A stretch of DNA of 64,000 nucleotides from Thermoplasmatota archaeon (GCA_038046725.1 JBBSVQ010000007.1:18409-82408), one strand, 5' to 3'; numbered from the stretch's first letter, positions 50,231 to 59,339 are shown. A program made the numbers and translations. The notes: generated by a model not told the origin, from the letters alone.

Positions 50231-50586
50231 GGCGACCCTCCGCCCAACCAATTGCCGGATTCCGGTTGCGCGCCGCGCTGGCCCCGCTCGACGTCGCGGT
50301 CGCTGGCGCAGGTGCGGCACAGGCGAAGCATGATCCACAGATCAGCCGCACAGGCGGCCCGGCCACACATCGCGCACGTGCCGCGCGCGGGGCGGGTGGC
50401 GCACAAGGAGCACATGCCGTTGCTGGCCGCGTTGGAGGAGGGCGGGGGCTCGACGGCCTGCGTCTGTGCGTTTGCCGGCTTGCCGGCTGCGCGGCGTCGC
50501 CGTTCCTCCTCGAGGACGGCCGCAGGGTCGGTGGATTTGGCGCGGCGGCGCAAGTCAATCAGTGACTCGTCGTCAAGCAGGTCCAT
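50227..50586 (-). CDS. Small Cys-rich (zinc-ribbon-like) protein
   Basis: CSLC...CAMCGRAAC...LCRTC gives eight Cys in about 45 aa. The N-terminal half is acidic/basic and low-complexity. Starts 2 nt after the carS stop. Confidence 0.5.
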   Translation of the reverse strand: MDLLDDESLIDLRRRAKSTDPAAVLEEERRRRAAGKPANAQTQAVEPPPSSNAASNGMCSLCATRPARGTCAMCGRAACAADLWIMLRLCRTCASDRDVERGQRGAQPESGNWLGGGSP

Positions 50587-50587
50587 G

Positions 50588-51289
50588 TCACCACCAGACT
50601 TCCTTGAGTTTCAGGACGTATCCGAGGACGTTGACGAGGAAATGCAGCAGGGGCGTGAGGACGATGAGGGTGGCGAGCACGACCCAGTCGTCGAGCAGGG
50701 CCGCCTTGACCCAGCCGTCGGCAAGCAGTGGGCTCGCGATGGCCATGGCCAACAAGCCGAAGACGACGAAGTCGAGTTGGTCGAAGGGCACCCAGGGCCG
50801 GCCGCGGTCCCGGCCGGTGCGGCGCTTGAAGTAGGATTTCACGGCGTCGCCGACGAGGGCCATGAAGCCGACGAAGGCACCGAAGAGGGCGATGGCCCAG
50901 AGGGGGGAAGACGGCGGTGCGGCGCATATGGCGGCGATTGGGTCAGGCGTGTCGTTGCAGGGTTCGTCGGAGCCGATGGGCGCGCCGTCGAAGCCGTTGT
51001 ACCCGTAATCCCAGCCGTCCCAGAGGCCGGCGGCATCGTAGGGGGGGACAAGGAGTGCCACCGCGACGGCGGTCGCCGCACCGAGCAAGGTGCCGCCCGC
51101 GAGCCCGCGCCACGTCTTGCCGGGTCCGAGCAGGCGTTTGCCGTCCTTGCCGAGCCGTCCGCCGTCGATGGGCGCCTTCCAGCCCGGGATGAGCTTGGCG
51201 ACGAGCACGGGACTCATGTTCGCCACATAGGCCGGCAGGAACACGAGCAAAGCGTGCAGAATTGAGGCGACGACCATGCCCGGCCGCAT
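50588..51289 (-). CDS. carS: CDP-archaeol synthase CarS (start uncertain: 51289, 51316 or 51361)
   Basis: LPAYVANMSPV...PGKTWRG...GDAVKSYFKRR...PFDQLDF are the CarS/DUF46 motifs. It contains an insertion of about 45 aa (PPYDAAGLWDGWDYGYNGFDG...). Confidence 0.8.
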   Translation of the reverse strand: MRPGMVVASILHALLVFLPAYVANMSPVLVAKLIPGWKAPIDGGRLGKDGKRLLGPGKTWRGLAGGTLLGAATAVAVALLVPPYDAAGLWDGWDYGYNGFDGAPIGSDEPCNDTPDPIAAICAAPPSSPLWAIALFGAFVGFMALVGDAVKSYFKRRTGRDRGRPWVPFDQLDFVVFGLLAMAIASPLLADGWVKAALLDDWVVLATLIVLTPLLHFLVNVLGYVLKLKEVWW

Positions 51290-51394
51290 CCACGAGACCC
51301 CGTCAATTAAAGGCATCAGGGACCGGCCGGAGGCCCTCCCTGACCCTGGCGCACCCCACACCTTTTATGGGGCCAGAGGTGAGACCGCCCGAGC

Positions 51395-51934
51395 GTGGTG
51401 GCTGTGGGGCGGGTGAGAGTGATTGTGCCGGCGTCGGGCGCCCATGTCCGCAGCCTCGGCGCCCACATCTTGAGGCTGCAGAACGACGGCCGGAAGGTCG
51501 TCTTCGTCTCAGCCGACCGTCCCTACCATTCCTTGACGCAGGCCCTGCGCGAACACGGGGTCGCCGTCGATGACATCCACTTCGTTGACGCGGTGAGCTC
51601 CCTCAGCGGATCCGCTCCGGCCCACCGGCCGAGCAACGCAACGTTCCTGCCGTCGCCAACGATGCTCGAGATGCTGGCCATGCGCGTCGAACAGGCCGTC
51701 CTGCGGTTCGGTCCAGGGGCGCACATGATTCTGGACTCGCTGGACACCCTGAGCCTGTACAACGGCGCCAACCCCGTGCAAGAGTTCAGCCACTACCTCG
51801 CCAACCGCCTGCGCCTGCACGGCATCAACGGCGACTTCGTTGTCCGCGACGGCCCCAACGGCCGCCAGTTGCACGACAACATCCTTGCCTTCAGTGACGA
51901 CCGCCTCGAGTTGCCCTCTGGAGCCCCCGCATGA
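51395..51934 (+). CDS. P-loop-less KaiC/RecA-like domain protein
   Basis: Colinear with the KaiC single-domain layout. The Walker A position reads VPASGAHV. VVFVSADRPY, IHFVDAVS, HMILDSLDTL (Walker-B-like strand). Paralogue of the C-terminal domain at 25.6-26.2 kb. Confidence 0.55.
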   Translation: MVAVGRVRVIVPASGAHVRSLGAHILRLQNDGRKVVFVSADRPYHSLTQALREHGVAVDDIHFVDAVSSLSGSAPAHRPSNATFLPSPTMLEMLAMRVEQAVLRFGPGAHMILDSLDTLSLYNGANPVQEFSHYLANRLRLHGINGDFVVRDGPNGRQLHDNILAFSDDRLELPSGAPA

Positions 51935-53304
51935 GCCGCCTCTCCCTCCTTTGCGCAGCCGTCGCCCTCGTCCTGGCGGCCCCGATGGTCGTGGGCGCCA
52001 ACGCCGACGTGCATGAGGTGTCCTTCGACCGCATCGAAGCCGTCGCCGTCGCGGACTTCCGCTTCATTCCCTGCCAGGACACCGGCGCCTTCGTTCTCTT
52101 GGAAAACGGGTTCCGTTTCGAGGAGCGGCAACCCGGCACCGGGGACGCTCAACCCTACCCCGGCGGCTATCTGGCCATCGGATGCGGAGAAGCCGCCGTG
52201 ACGCGCACCGCCCCCGCAGGAGCCCGTAGCGTCGAGGTCCTGTTCCAAGGGGACCGCGTCGTCGAGGAGTTCGACGTCCAAGGCAATTCCGTCACCCGGC
52301 CTGGAGTCGCCTTCGACCAGCGCATCGCCTTCCGCAGCGGCAACGCCTCCAGCGACCGCCAGGTGGATTACATGGATCCCGGCGCCGGGTCGCTGCCGAT
52401 GCAGCCCGTCGCGCCGGACAGCTTCCTGCTGGCGCGCAGCGCGGCGACCTTCGACCTGGCGTGGGTGTTCAGTGACCAGAGTTACTTCGTCGGACCGGAC
52501 TTCCCTGACGTCCTGTCCGGCCAGGCCTTCAGCGCGACCGTGCAGAACGTCACCTTGCGCTACCCCGGGTTGCCCGTGGCCAGCAAGGTGACGGACAGCC
52601 TGCAGCGCGAGGGGACGCTGCTCGTCGGCAAGACCCGCATCGCCGCCGACATCTCCGACCCCGAGGCCGGCGACTTGCGCGTCGTGGTTGCCAACGGCCT
52701 CGCCTTCTCGCACCTGCGCGCACCCGACGGCACCAAGTTCGACACCCAGGCCAGCCGCCTCGCGGCGGGGCCCGACGGCTTCGACCGGTCGGCCGTGCTC
52801 GTCGAGACCTTGGAGGACGGCTCCGTCCAAGTCACGGTGCCTCGGGAAGTGCTCACGGACTTCGGGGCCGGCCGCTATACGGTCTCCTTCACCAGCGTGG
52901 GTGCCGTCCACACCTTCCCCTGGTTGATCCCCGTCGCGGTGCTCGTCCTCTTGGCCCCCCTGCCGTTCGCCTTGTTGGCCTACCTGCACGTGCGCCGCTT
53001 CGAGGATGAGGCCTTTGGGGGCTTCCGCCGGTCCGCCCGCAACCTGCGCATCGCGCTCGTCGTCGCCTTCGCCTATTACGTCGCGGTCCTGGTGAGTCAC
53101 TTCGCCGGCTCGCGCCTTGACCTCATGACGGCGTGGCCACTGCCATTCGAGGCGTTCCTGCTTTACCTCCAAGTCGTCATCGCCGTCGGCGCCTTCCTGG
53201 CGCTCTTCGCCGTCGCACGCGAGCTCTACCGCATCACCGTTCCCAAGGCCCTGCCCGACGCCGCTCGGGCCGGCCCTGCCCCCATGCACGAGGACGCCGA
53301 ATGA
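51931..53304 (+). CDS. Membrane protein with about 310-aa extracytoplasmic domain and 3 C-terminal TM helices
   Basis: Signal peptide (LLCAAVALVLAAPMVVGANA). ATGA overlap at both ends with neighbouring genes. Confidence 0.7.
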   Translation: MSRLSLLCAAVALVLAAPMVVGANADVHEVSFDRIEAVAVADFRFIPCQDTGAFVLLENGFRFEERQPGTGDAQPYPGGYLAIGCGEAAVTRTAPAGARSVEVLFQGDRVVEEFDVQGNSVTRPGVAFDQRIAFRSGNASSDRQVDYMDPGAGSLPMQPVAPDSFLLARSAATFDLAWVFSDQSYFVGPDFPDVLSGQAFSATVQNVTLRYPGLPVASKVTDSLQREGTLLVGKTRIAADISDPEAGDLRVVVANGLAFSHLRAPDGTKFDTQASRLAAGPDGFDRSAVLVETLEDGSVQVTVPREVLTDFGAGRYTVSFTSVGAVHTFPWLIPVAVLVLLAPLPFALLAYLHVRRFEDEAFGGFRRSARNLRIALVVAFAYYVAVLVSHFAGSRLDLMTAWPLPFEAFLLYLQVVIAVGAFLALFAVARELYRITVPKALPDAARAGPAPMHEDAE

Positions 53305-54575
53305 CCCCCGAAAAGACCGCCCCGGGTTCCGTGACCATGCAGATGCGACCGGAGCAACTGCTCGAAATCTGGCACCGCGCCAACGACGTCCTGTACGTGC
53401 ATGACCTGGGCGGCCGGTTCCTGGCCGTCAATGCGACGGCGAGCCAAACGTACGGGTACACGCCGGCCGAGTTCCTCGGGATGTCCATCAAGGACCTCGT
53501 TGACCCCGAGCACCTCGGGACGGCCATGGCCAACCTGACCGCCAAGGCAAGCGGCGCCACCGAACAGACCGTCCCCTACGAGTTGTTGACGCGCGCCAAG
53601 GACGGGCGCCCCGTTTGGGTGGAGGTCAGCACGCGCGTCCTCGCCGAAGACGGCCACGCAACGGCAATCCAGGGCTCCGCCCGCGACATCACCAAGCGCA
53701 AGCTAGCCGAAGCCGTGGCGGACCTCGTGCACGAGACCGCGCTCGCCGTGCATGAGGCGCGTTCGCTGGAGGCCGGCATCCAGGCCGTCCTCGGGCGCAT
53801 CGCAACGGTGGCGGGCTGGTCGTACGGCGAGGCCTGGTTCCCGGACGTCGACGGACGGTGCCTCACGCTGGGCCCGCAATGGGTCGGCGGCAACGGCTTG
53901 GAGAAGTTCAGCCGGCTCGCCCGGCAATACCAGTTTGCCCCCGGCGAAGGCGTCCCCGGCCGCATCTGGGCGGACGGCAAGCCGGTGTGGGGCAGCGAAC
54001 TGCCCGGCGAGGCCGACTGCCCCCGTCGTGCTGCGGCCCATGCGGCGGGCCTGCGCACGTTTGCCGCAATCCCCGTCGCCAACGGCGGCCAAGTCGCGGC
54101 AGTCTTGGTCTTCTTCGGCACGCAGGCCCGCCACGAGGACGCGCGCTGGGTGGCTGCGGCCGAGAAGGTCGCGGCGCACCTCGGCGCCTCCATCGGCCGC
54201 CGCCTGGACGTCGAGCGCGTGCGCAGCGCGGGCCGCTTGTTCGCAGCCCAGTTCGAGGCCCTGGGCGACGCGATGCTCATGCTCGATGCCGAGGGCGTTC
54301 CCCGTCAGGCCAACGCGGCGTTCCTGCGCCTGTGCGACGTCACGGTCAGCAGCAACGACGCAGCCGTCCCGCTGACGGAACGCGTCGACGACCTGCCGAA
54401 GTTCCTCGCCGCCGTCACGACGCTGTACGAGGACCGCAGCGCCGGCCGCGACACGGTCAGCTTCGAGGGCCGCAACTTGTGGCGCAACGTTGCCCCGCTG
54501 CGTTCACGCAACGGCACGAGCCTGGGCGTGCTGCTGCAAGTGCGCGAGGACGCTGCAGCGTCCTCGCGAGCATAG
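53301..54575 (+). CDS. Cytoplasmic PAS-GAF(-PAS-like) sensor protein without recognisable output domain
   Basis: PAS: VLYVHDLGGRFLAVNATASQTYGYTPAEFLGMSIKDLV...VWVEVSTRV. GAF-like: IATVAGWSYGEAWF...GEGVPGRIW...AIPV. The C-terminal 110 aa are PAS-like. No HisKA/HATPase. Confidence 0.8.
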   Translation: MTPEKTAPGSVTMQMRPEQLLEIWHRANDVLYVHDLGGRFLAVNATASQTYGYTPAEFLGMSIKDLVDPEHLGTAMANLTAKASGATEQTVPYELLTRAKDGRPVWVEVSTRVLAEDGHATAIQGSARDITKRKLAEAVADLVHETALAVHEARSLEAGIQAVLGRIATVAGWSYGEAWFPDVDGRCLTLGPQWVGGNGLEKFSRLARQYQFAPGEGVPGRIWADGKPVWGSELPGEADCPRRAAAHAAGLRTFAAIPVANGGQVAAVLVFFGTQARHEDARWVAAAEKVAAHLGASIGRRLDVERVRSAGRLFAAQFEALGDAMLMLDAEGVPRQANAAFLRLCDVTVSSNDAAVPLTERVDDLPKFLAAVTTLYEDRSAGRDTVSFEGRNLWRNVAPLRSRNGTSLGVLLQVREDAAASSRA

Positions 54576-54614
54576 TCGGCGAGCCAGCGCCGGCGCTTGC
54601 CTGGACGCGATGAG

Positions 54615-54644
54615 GTGACGCGACGGACGCGGCCGTCGCGTCAC
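54615..54644. terminator. Perfect 12-bp hairpin between convergent genes
   Basis: gtgacgcgacgg-acgcgg-ccgtcgcgtcac. The right arm overlaps the stop codon of the minus-strand KaiC-like gene. Confidence 0.4.
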
Positions 54645-55435
54645 ACAATCCGTTCCAGCGTCTCGAGGCGGAAGCCCTGCGGCGTGATGTCGTACGTGCT
54701 GACGCCGATGCCGTAGGCGCGGTTCTTGACTTTCTTCACCATGAAGAAGCGCTCGAACGTCGTGCCCTTGCGGGTGACTTCGAGTTCGAGGAGGCAGTCG
54801 GCCAGCAGCTCCAAGCGGCGTTCGGCGGCCACGCCGTGCGCTCCCTTCGACAGCACCCACAGGGCGAGGCTGCCGTTGCGGGACGTGGCGGCCTTGATGG
54901 CCGTGAGTGCTGCGACGACCTCTTCGAGGGAGTGGTGGTTGAGGAAAAAGTCGAGGCTGTGCACGACGACGCGGTCCGGCGGCCGGATGCGCGACTGGAC
55001 GCCGACGAGGCGCTGCAGGTAGTCGGCGCCGCCTCCTGGCTTGCCTGGTGCCGGCTTGGCTTGGCGCAGGTAATCCATGGAGTCGGCGCCCTCGAGGAGC
55101 CGGCGCGGGTCCATGCGCGGGCGCTCGTCGGTGGCCTTGCGGCGCTCCTGCGACGCCATCATGCTCTCGGCGAATTCCGTCTGCAGGTCGATGACCTCGA
55201 CGTGGGCGAAGTCCCAGCCGGCTTCCTTGACGGCCTGGCGCACTTCGTTTGCGGACTCGTCCGTCGTGATGTAGGCGACCTTGTCGCCGGGGTTGCCGAC
55301 GCAGAACTGCTTGGCGAAGATCTCGGCTCCGGCGCCGGCGGGGGCGAGCAGGAGGCTCGTGAATCCGCGAGGCAGGCCCCCTTTGAGGAAGGCGTCGAGG
55401 GCTTCGATGCCGGTGCTGACGACGCCGTCCGTCAC
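54641..55435 (-). CDS. KaiC-like protein with degenerate Walker A
   Basis: STGIEALDAFLKGGLPRGFTSLLLAPAGAGAEIFAKQF: KaiC N-terminal pattern, but GxGKT is replaced by GAGAE. The GTG start overlaps the upstream stop (GTGA). Confidence 0.7.
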   Translation of the reverse strand: MTDGVVSTGIEALDAFLKGGLPRGFTSLLLAPAGAGAEIFAKQFCVGNPGDKVAYITTDESANEVRQAVKEAGWDFAHVEVIDLQTEFAESMMASQERRKATDERPRMDPRRLLEGADSMDYLRQAKPAPGKPGGGADYLQRLVGVQSRIRPPDRVVVHSLDFFLNHHSLEEVVAALTAIKAATSRNGSLALWVLSKGAHGVAAERRLELLADCLLELEVTRKGTTFERFFMVKKVKNRAYGIGVSTYDITPQGFRLETLERIV

Positions 55436-56184
55436 GGCGTCACCGCAGTCGTGTCCCCGAACTTCTTCAAGAGGGGGGCCAGGCTGATGCCGTACTCGGA
55501 CAAGTCCATCATGAAGCGGGCGCGGCTGTGCTCGGTTCCGCGCATCTTGATGACCTGCAGGGTGCGCACGAGGTCGTTGTGGCGCTCCAGCTCGGAGAGG
55601 AAAATGATGCCGTCCGCGATGAACTCCTCCACGCCGAACATGCTGTAGCGCAACTCGCGTGGCGGCGTCTCGCTCGTCAGAAACGTCGTGCACCCGAGGC
55701 CGGACAGCATGGCGCCCAGGCGGAAGGTGAAGTCGCGGATGCGGCCCCTGTCCTCGAGGCGTTGGCAGATGGCGGTGATGGAGTCGATGACGAGGCGCTT
55801 GATCTGGAACTCCTTGACGATGGATTCCAGGGCGTCCACGAGGGCGGCACCGTCCTCCATGGAGTACGTGCGCTCCTGCGTGATGCCCATGCGGTGCAGG
55901 ATGGTGCGCAGATCGACGAGGCGGATGGAGCCGTCGCGCAGAAACTTGCCGTCCAGGAAGGCGTACTCCTTGGCGTTTCGTTCCAGGATTGCGACCGGTT
56001 CCGTGACGGAGAGGAACATGCCCTTCTGGCCCTTCTCGGCGCCGTGGGCGAGGAACTCCAGGGCGAGCGTGGTCTTGCCCATGCCGGAGCCCCCGGCGAG
56101 CAGGACGACGTTGCCTTCCGGGATGCCGCCGCGCAGGATCTGGTCCAGCTCCTGGATGCCGGTCTCGCAGCGGTGGATGGTCAT
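55432..56184 (-). CDS. KaiC-like single-domain RecA-superfamily ATPase (FlaH/ArlH-like size and layout)
   Basis: TGIQELDQILRGGIPEGNVVLLAGGSGMGKTTLALEF (intact Walker A), LVIDSITAI (Walker B), LQVIKMRGTEH. 250 aa. Confidence 0.88.
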   Translation of the reverse strand: MTIHRCETGIQELDQILRGGIPEGNVVLLAGGSGMGKTTLALEFLAHGAEKGQKGMFLSVTEPVAILERNAKEYAFLDGKFLRDGSIRLVDLRTILHRMGITQERTYSMEDGAALVDALESIVKEFQIKRLVIDSITAICQRLEDRGRIRDFTFRLGAMLSGLGCTTFLTSETPPRELRYSMFGVEEFIADGIIFLSELERHNDLVRTLQVIKMRGTEHSRARFMMDLSEYGISLAPLLKKFGDTTAVTP

Positions 56185-56224
56185 GCCCGCGCCCTCCTGT
56201 ACCCTTGCGGCTTGTAAGAGTTGC

Positions 56225-57550
56225 TCAGTTGACGGTGGCCTCGGCGTCTACGACGTGCAGACGCACAAGCCAACTGGAAACCCCGGTCGCCCCGCCGGCG
56301 GACAGGGTCAGGGTCGCCGCGTCCCCGGACCCCCCAGAGGCGGCGGCATCCTCGCTGGAGGAGGCCAGGATGCGGTCGGCGAAGAAACCGCGCCAAGCGG
56401 CGGCGTTGCTCGAGTCAAGGGTGAAGGTGGCGCCCGTCACCTCGAACAGGAGGTCCGAGGAGCCGTCGTGCCGCACGGACACGGTAGCCGTGTCACTCCC
56501 GGCGCGCTGGCCGGAGCCGGTCAGGTCCACGACAGTCCAGCGCAGGTGGCCGGTCCCGGTGGTGGCATCGACCTCCAGGTCGAAACCGGGGTCAACGAGG
56601 ACGACGCCGCCGAGCGTGCCCTGGCTGGCGAGCACGGCGCCACCCTCGTAGGCCAAGGTCTGGGAGGGGAAGCGCTGGTAGCGGGGGTCGAAGACGATGC
56701 GGCCGCCCGAGCGGTCCAGGGAATACGTGGTGGCGGCACCGGCCCCCGCGGCATGCTGCAGGCCATCGACGTCCGTCCACACAGCGGCGTAGGTGCCGGC
56801 CACCGTGGCACCGACGGCTCCGTCCGTGACCGTCAGGGTGTAGCCGTCCTCGAGGTCGCGCAAGGCCGAGGCGAAGGCAGGTTGCGCGAGGAGGTCGACG
56901 CTGTACTGGGGGACGGCGATGTCGACGTCGCACAGCAGCGGCACCGTGCGCGTCCCCGTGGCCGCGGTGACCGTCAGGATGATGCCGGGGCCGCCGCACC
57001 CAGCGGGGCTCGCGTCGGCGTCATGCGTCAGGCGGGCGGTGACCGTTGCGCCGGCCCCGTCGTCCGCCACGGCCTCGACCCAGGAGAGGTCGTTGTTGTC
57101 GACGCTGCCCGACTGCAGGCCAAGCGAGAACGCCTCGAGGCCCGTCACATCGGTGATTGGGGCGCCGTTGGCGGGTTCCGCCGGAACGCCGACGGCGACG
57201 CCGTCCTGCAGATGGAGGACGGCGCCCGTGAAGGTCACCTGGACCGCGAATGTCGCGTCCTCGTAGGCCAAGTGCCCCGACGCGGCCGCGCCTTGCAGGA
57301 GGGGCACCTTGGCGGGCGCGAGGTCGAACACCGTCGTCGAGGGTCCAGGGGCGTCTTGGGCCGCCAGGGCGTCGAGGCCGGCCTTGACCTGGCCCATGGC
57401 CTCCTGCGCATCGCCTTGGTGGTTGGCTTCGCGCTCCTGGATCCACACGGGCAGCGTCGTGAAGGTCCAGATGGTCATCGCCGTCGTGAAGAGTGCGACG
57501 AGAAGGACGGCGGAGACCACGCTCGAGACGCCCTCATCGTTGCCGGTCAC
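56225..57550 (-). CDS. Large archaeal type IV pilin-like protein (class III signal peptide)
   Basis: N-terminus MTGNDEGVSSVVSAVLLVALFTTAM matches the archaeal pilin N-terminal (DUF1628-type) pattern. 441 aa, Thr/Ala/Gly-rich beta-type body. GTGA overlap with the upstream pilin-like gene. Confidence 0.75.
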   Translation of the reverse strand: MTGNDEGVSSVVSAVLLVALFTTAMTIWTFTTLPVWIQEREANHQGDAQEAMGQVKAGLDALAAQDAPGPSTTVFDLAPAKVPLLQGAAASGHLAYEDATFAVQVTFTGAVLHLQDGVAVGVPAEPANGAPITDVTGLEAFSLGLQSGSVDNNDLSWVEAVADDGAGATVTARLTHDADASPAGCGGPGIILTVTAATGTRTVPLLCDVDIAVPQYSVDLLAQPAFASALRDLEDGYTLTVTDGAVGATVAGTYAAVWTDVDGLQHAAGAGAATTYSLDRSGGRIVFDPRYQRFPSQTLAYEGGAVLASQGTLGGVVLVDPGFDLEVDATTGTGHLRWTVVDLTGSGQRAGSDTATVSVRHDGSSDLLFEVTGATFTLDSSNAAAWRGFFADRILASSSEDAAASGGSGDAATLTLSAGGATGVSSWLVRLHVVDAEATVN

Positions 57551-59232
57551 AAGGTCACCACGCGGACCGTGTCAAGAAGGAGGCTGCCTTGCGTCGTGCT
57601 GGTTGGAGTGAGGTCGACGAGCCGGATGCGCGGGGCCCCGCCGTTGTACTCCGCCGTCGTGAGGGCGTGGGTGAAGGTCGCGACGGACGCCGAGGACAAG
57701 GTGCCTCGCGTGGTGTAGCTTGCGCCGTTCCAGACCTGGACCTCGAAGGTCTCGCCCGCCGTACGGTAGACGAGTTCGAGCGTCTCGCTCGAGCCGTCCG
57801 GGACGCCGGCGAGGTCCATCGTGACGTCAAGCGTGTAGGCCGGAGTGAAGGCAACCTCGACCCAGGCTTGGTCGACACGCCAAGTCTCCCCCGTCGCGCC
57901 GGCTCGGATGCTGGTGAGGCGGACTTCGAGGTCCTGGATGTCGGTCCACGTCCAGGAGCCGCCGCCCGGTCGCGCCGAGGTGACGATCCATTCAATCTGC
58001 GAGTCTGACGATGTCGCGGTGCGCGTGGGAGACGTCGTGCCGCAGGTGTTGTCGAAGCAGGCGCCCAGGGTGAAGCCGTCCGCCCCGTTTTGGCCCAAAA
58101 TGGACACGTCGGCGCGCAACGTGACGGCGGTGATTGTGCCCGTGGAGAGGGTGGGGTTGACGAGCGTGAGTTGGAGGTCGCGGTTGGCGCTCGTCGTCGT
58201 CGCGTACGACGCGTCGTCGAGGAACGTGTTCGCTGTGCCACTCCATTGGGCCGTCGTCCGGCTGGACACGCCGTTGGCCGCCAGCGTCAGTGGGCTTGAC
58301 CCCGTTGCGCCTTCAAGGACGGTTGCCTCTGCCCCGCCATCATCGCCGTCTTGGGCCGCCGCGAACGCGGCGACTGAACCCGCCGTGTCCGTGTGCGCCG
58401 AGACGTAGGTGATGAGGGTGACGGCCTCGATGAGTTCATCCTGGGAGCCGGGCGATGCGGCCAGGTTGCCGTTGAGGTCCTGCATGCCGGAGACTTGAAG
58501 GCCCAACGTCTGGCCGCCCAGGAGGTTCCAGGACTGCGCGGGCACGTCGGCGCTCCACTGGTTCGCCCCCAAGGGCGCCATGGCTCCGACGGTCGTGTAG
58601 GATGGCCCGCTGCCGTCGTCGATGCGGAAAGCCAGCGAGGGGGCGACGCTGTCGTCAATGCCCACGCAGTCGTCAGCAAGCGTCGCCGTCACCGTCACGG
58701 CCCCCGTCGTCGTGCTGAGGACGTCGGCGGGGGAAAGGGTCCAGGCAGCCACCGTCGGGGCCGTGCCGTCGAGCGGGCAGACACTGAACTCGCCGCGTTC
58801 GCCTTCATCAGCCAGAAGGGTGGAGGAGGCAATCACGGCGGCGCCGAGGATGGTGCGCTCCTGCAGCAGGCAGCTGCGCGACGGGTCCGGGGGCGAGGGG
58901 CCGGACAGGCATAGGCTGTCGCCGATGCGCCACGTCCTGCCGTCCGCGACCTGGTCGGCGACGGCCGTGAGGTCGTAGCGCACCTCGAAGCCGTCGACGT
59001 TGAGGACGAGTTCCCCGTTCGACAAGGCAATGGCCTCGCCGCCCCGGTGCACGAGCACGGCGCGCGTGCCTTCCTGCTGCAGCACGAGGTCGGCTTGGGG
59101 GGCGGGGGCATTTGACCGCAATTCGCCGAGGACGACGAAGCTGATGCCGCCGAAGACCGCCACCGTGATGGCCAGCATGAGGATGGTTCCGACGACGCTT
59201 GAGACTCCCTGCTCACCTGCGCCAGCGTTCAC
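57547..59232 (-). CDS. Large archaeal type IV pilin-like protein (class III signal peptide, DUF1628-type N-domain)
   Basis: MNAGAGEQGVSSVVGTILMLAITVAVFGG followed by the LVLQQEG...VLVHRGGEAI...WRIGD pilin-N domain. 561 aa. Confidence 0.8.
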   Translation of the reverse strand: MNAGAGEQGVSSVVGTILMLAITVAVFGGISFVVLGELRSNAPAPQADLVLQQEGTRAVLVHRGGEAIALSNGELVLNVDGFEVRYDLTAVADQVADGRTWRIGDSLCLSGPSPPDPSRSCLLQERTILGAAVIASSTLLADEGERGEFSVCPLDGTAPTVAAWTLSPADVLSTTTGAVTVTATLADDCVGIDDSVAPSLAFRIDDGSGPSYTTVGAMAPLGANQWSADVPAQSWNLLGGQTLGLQVSGMQDLNGNLAASPGSQDELIEAVTLITYVSAHTDTAGSVAAFAAAQDGDDGGAEATVLEGATGSSPLTLAANGVSSRTTAQWSGTANTFLDDASYATTTSANRDLQLTLVNPTLSTGTITAVTLRADVSILGQNGADGFTLGACFDNTCGTTSPTRTATSSDSQIEWIVTSARPGGGSWTWTDIQDLEVRLTSIRAGATGETWRVDQAWVEVAFTPAYTLDVTMDLAGVPDGSSETLELVYRTAGETFEVQVWNGASYTTRGTLSSASVATFTHALTTAEYNGGAPRIRLVDLTPTSTTQGSLLLDTVRVVTL

Positions 59233-59339
59233 GACCCAGCCTCCACCCTTTGGTCGGCCATGGGCCTAAAAGGCTTGCCTCATCAACCCGTGCCCACGGC
59301 CCCCTCTCAGCGGTGCGGCATCCGAAGGGTCATACCCCG

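Noticed and set aside
59199-59339. Upstream extension of the membrane-protein ORF to the track start at 59199
   Set aside because: It would overlap the divergently transcribed pilin-like gene start (59232) and leave no promoter space. The GTG at 59340 was preferred, though the true start is uncertain.
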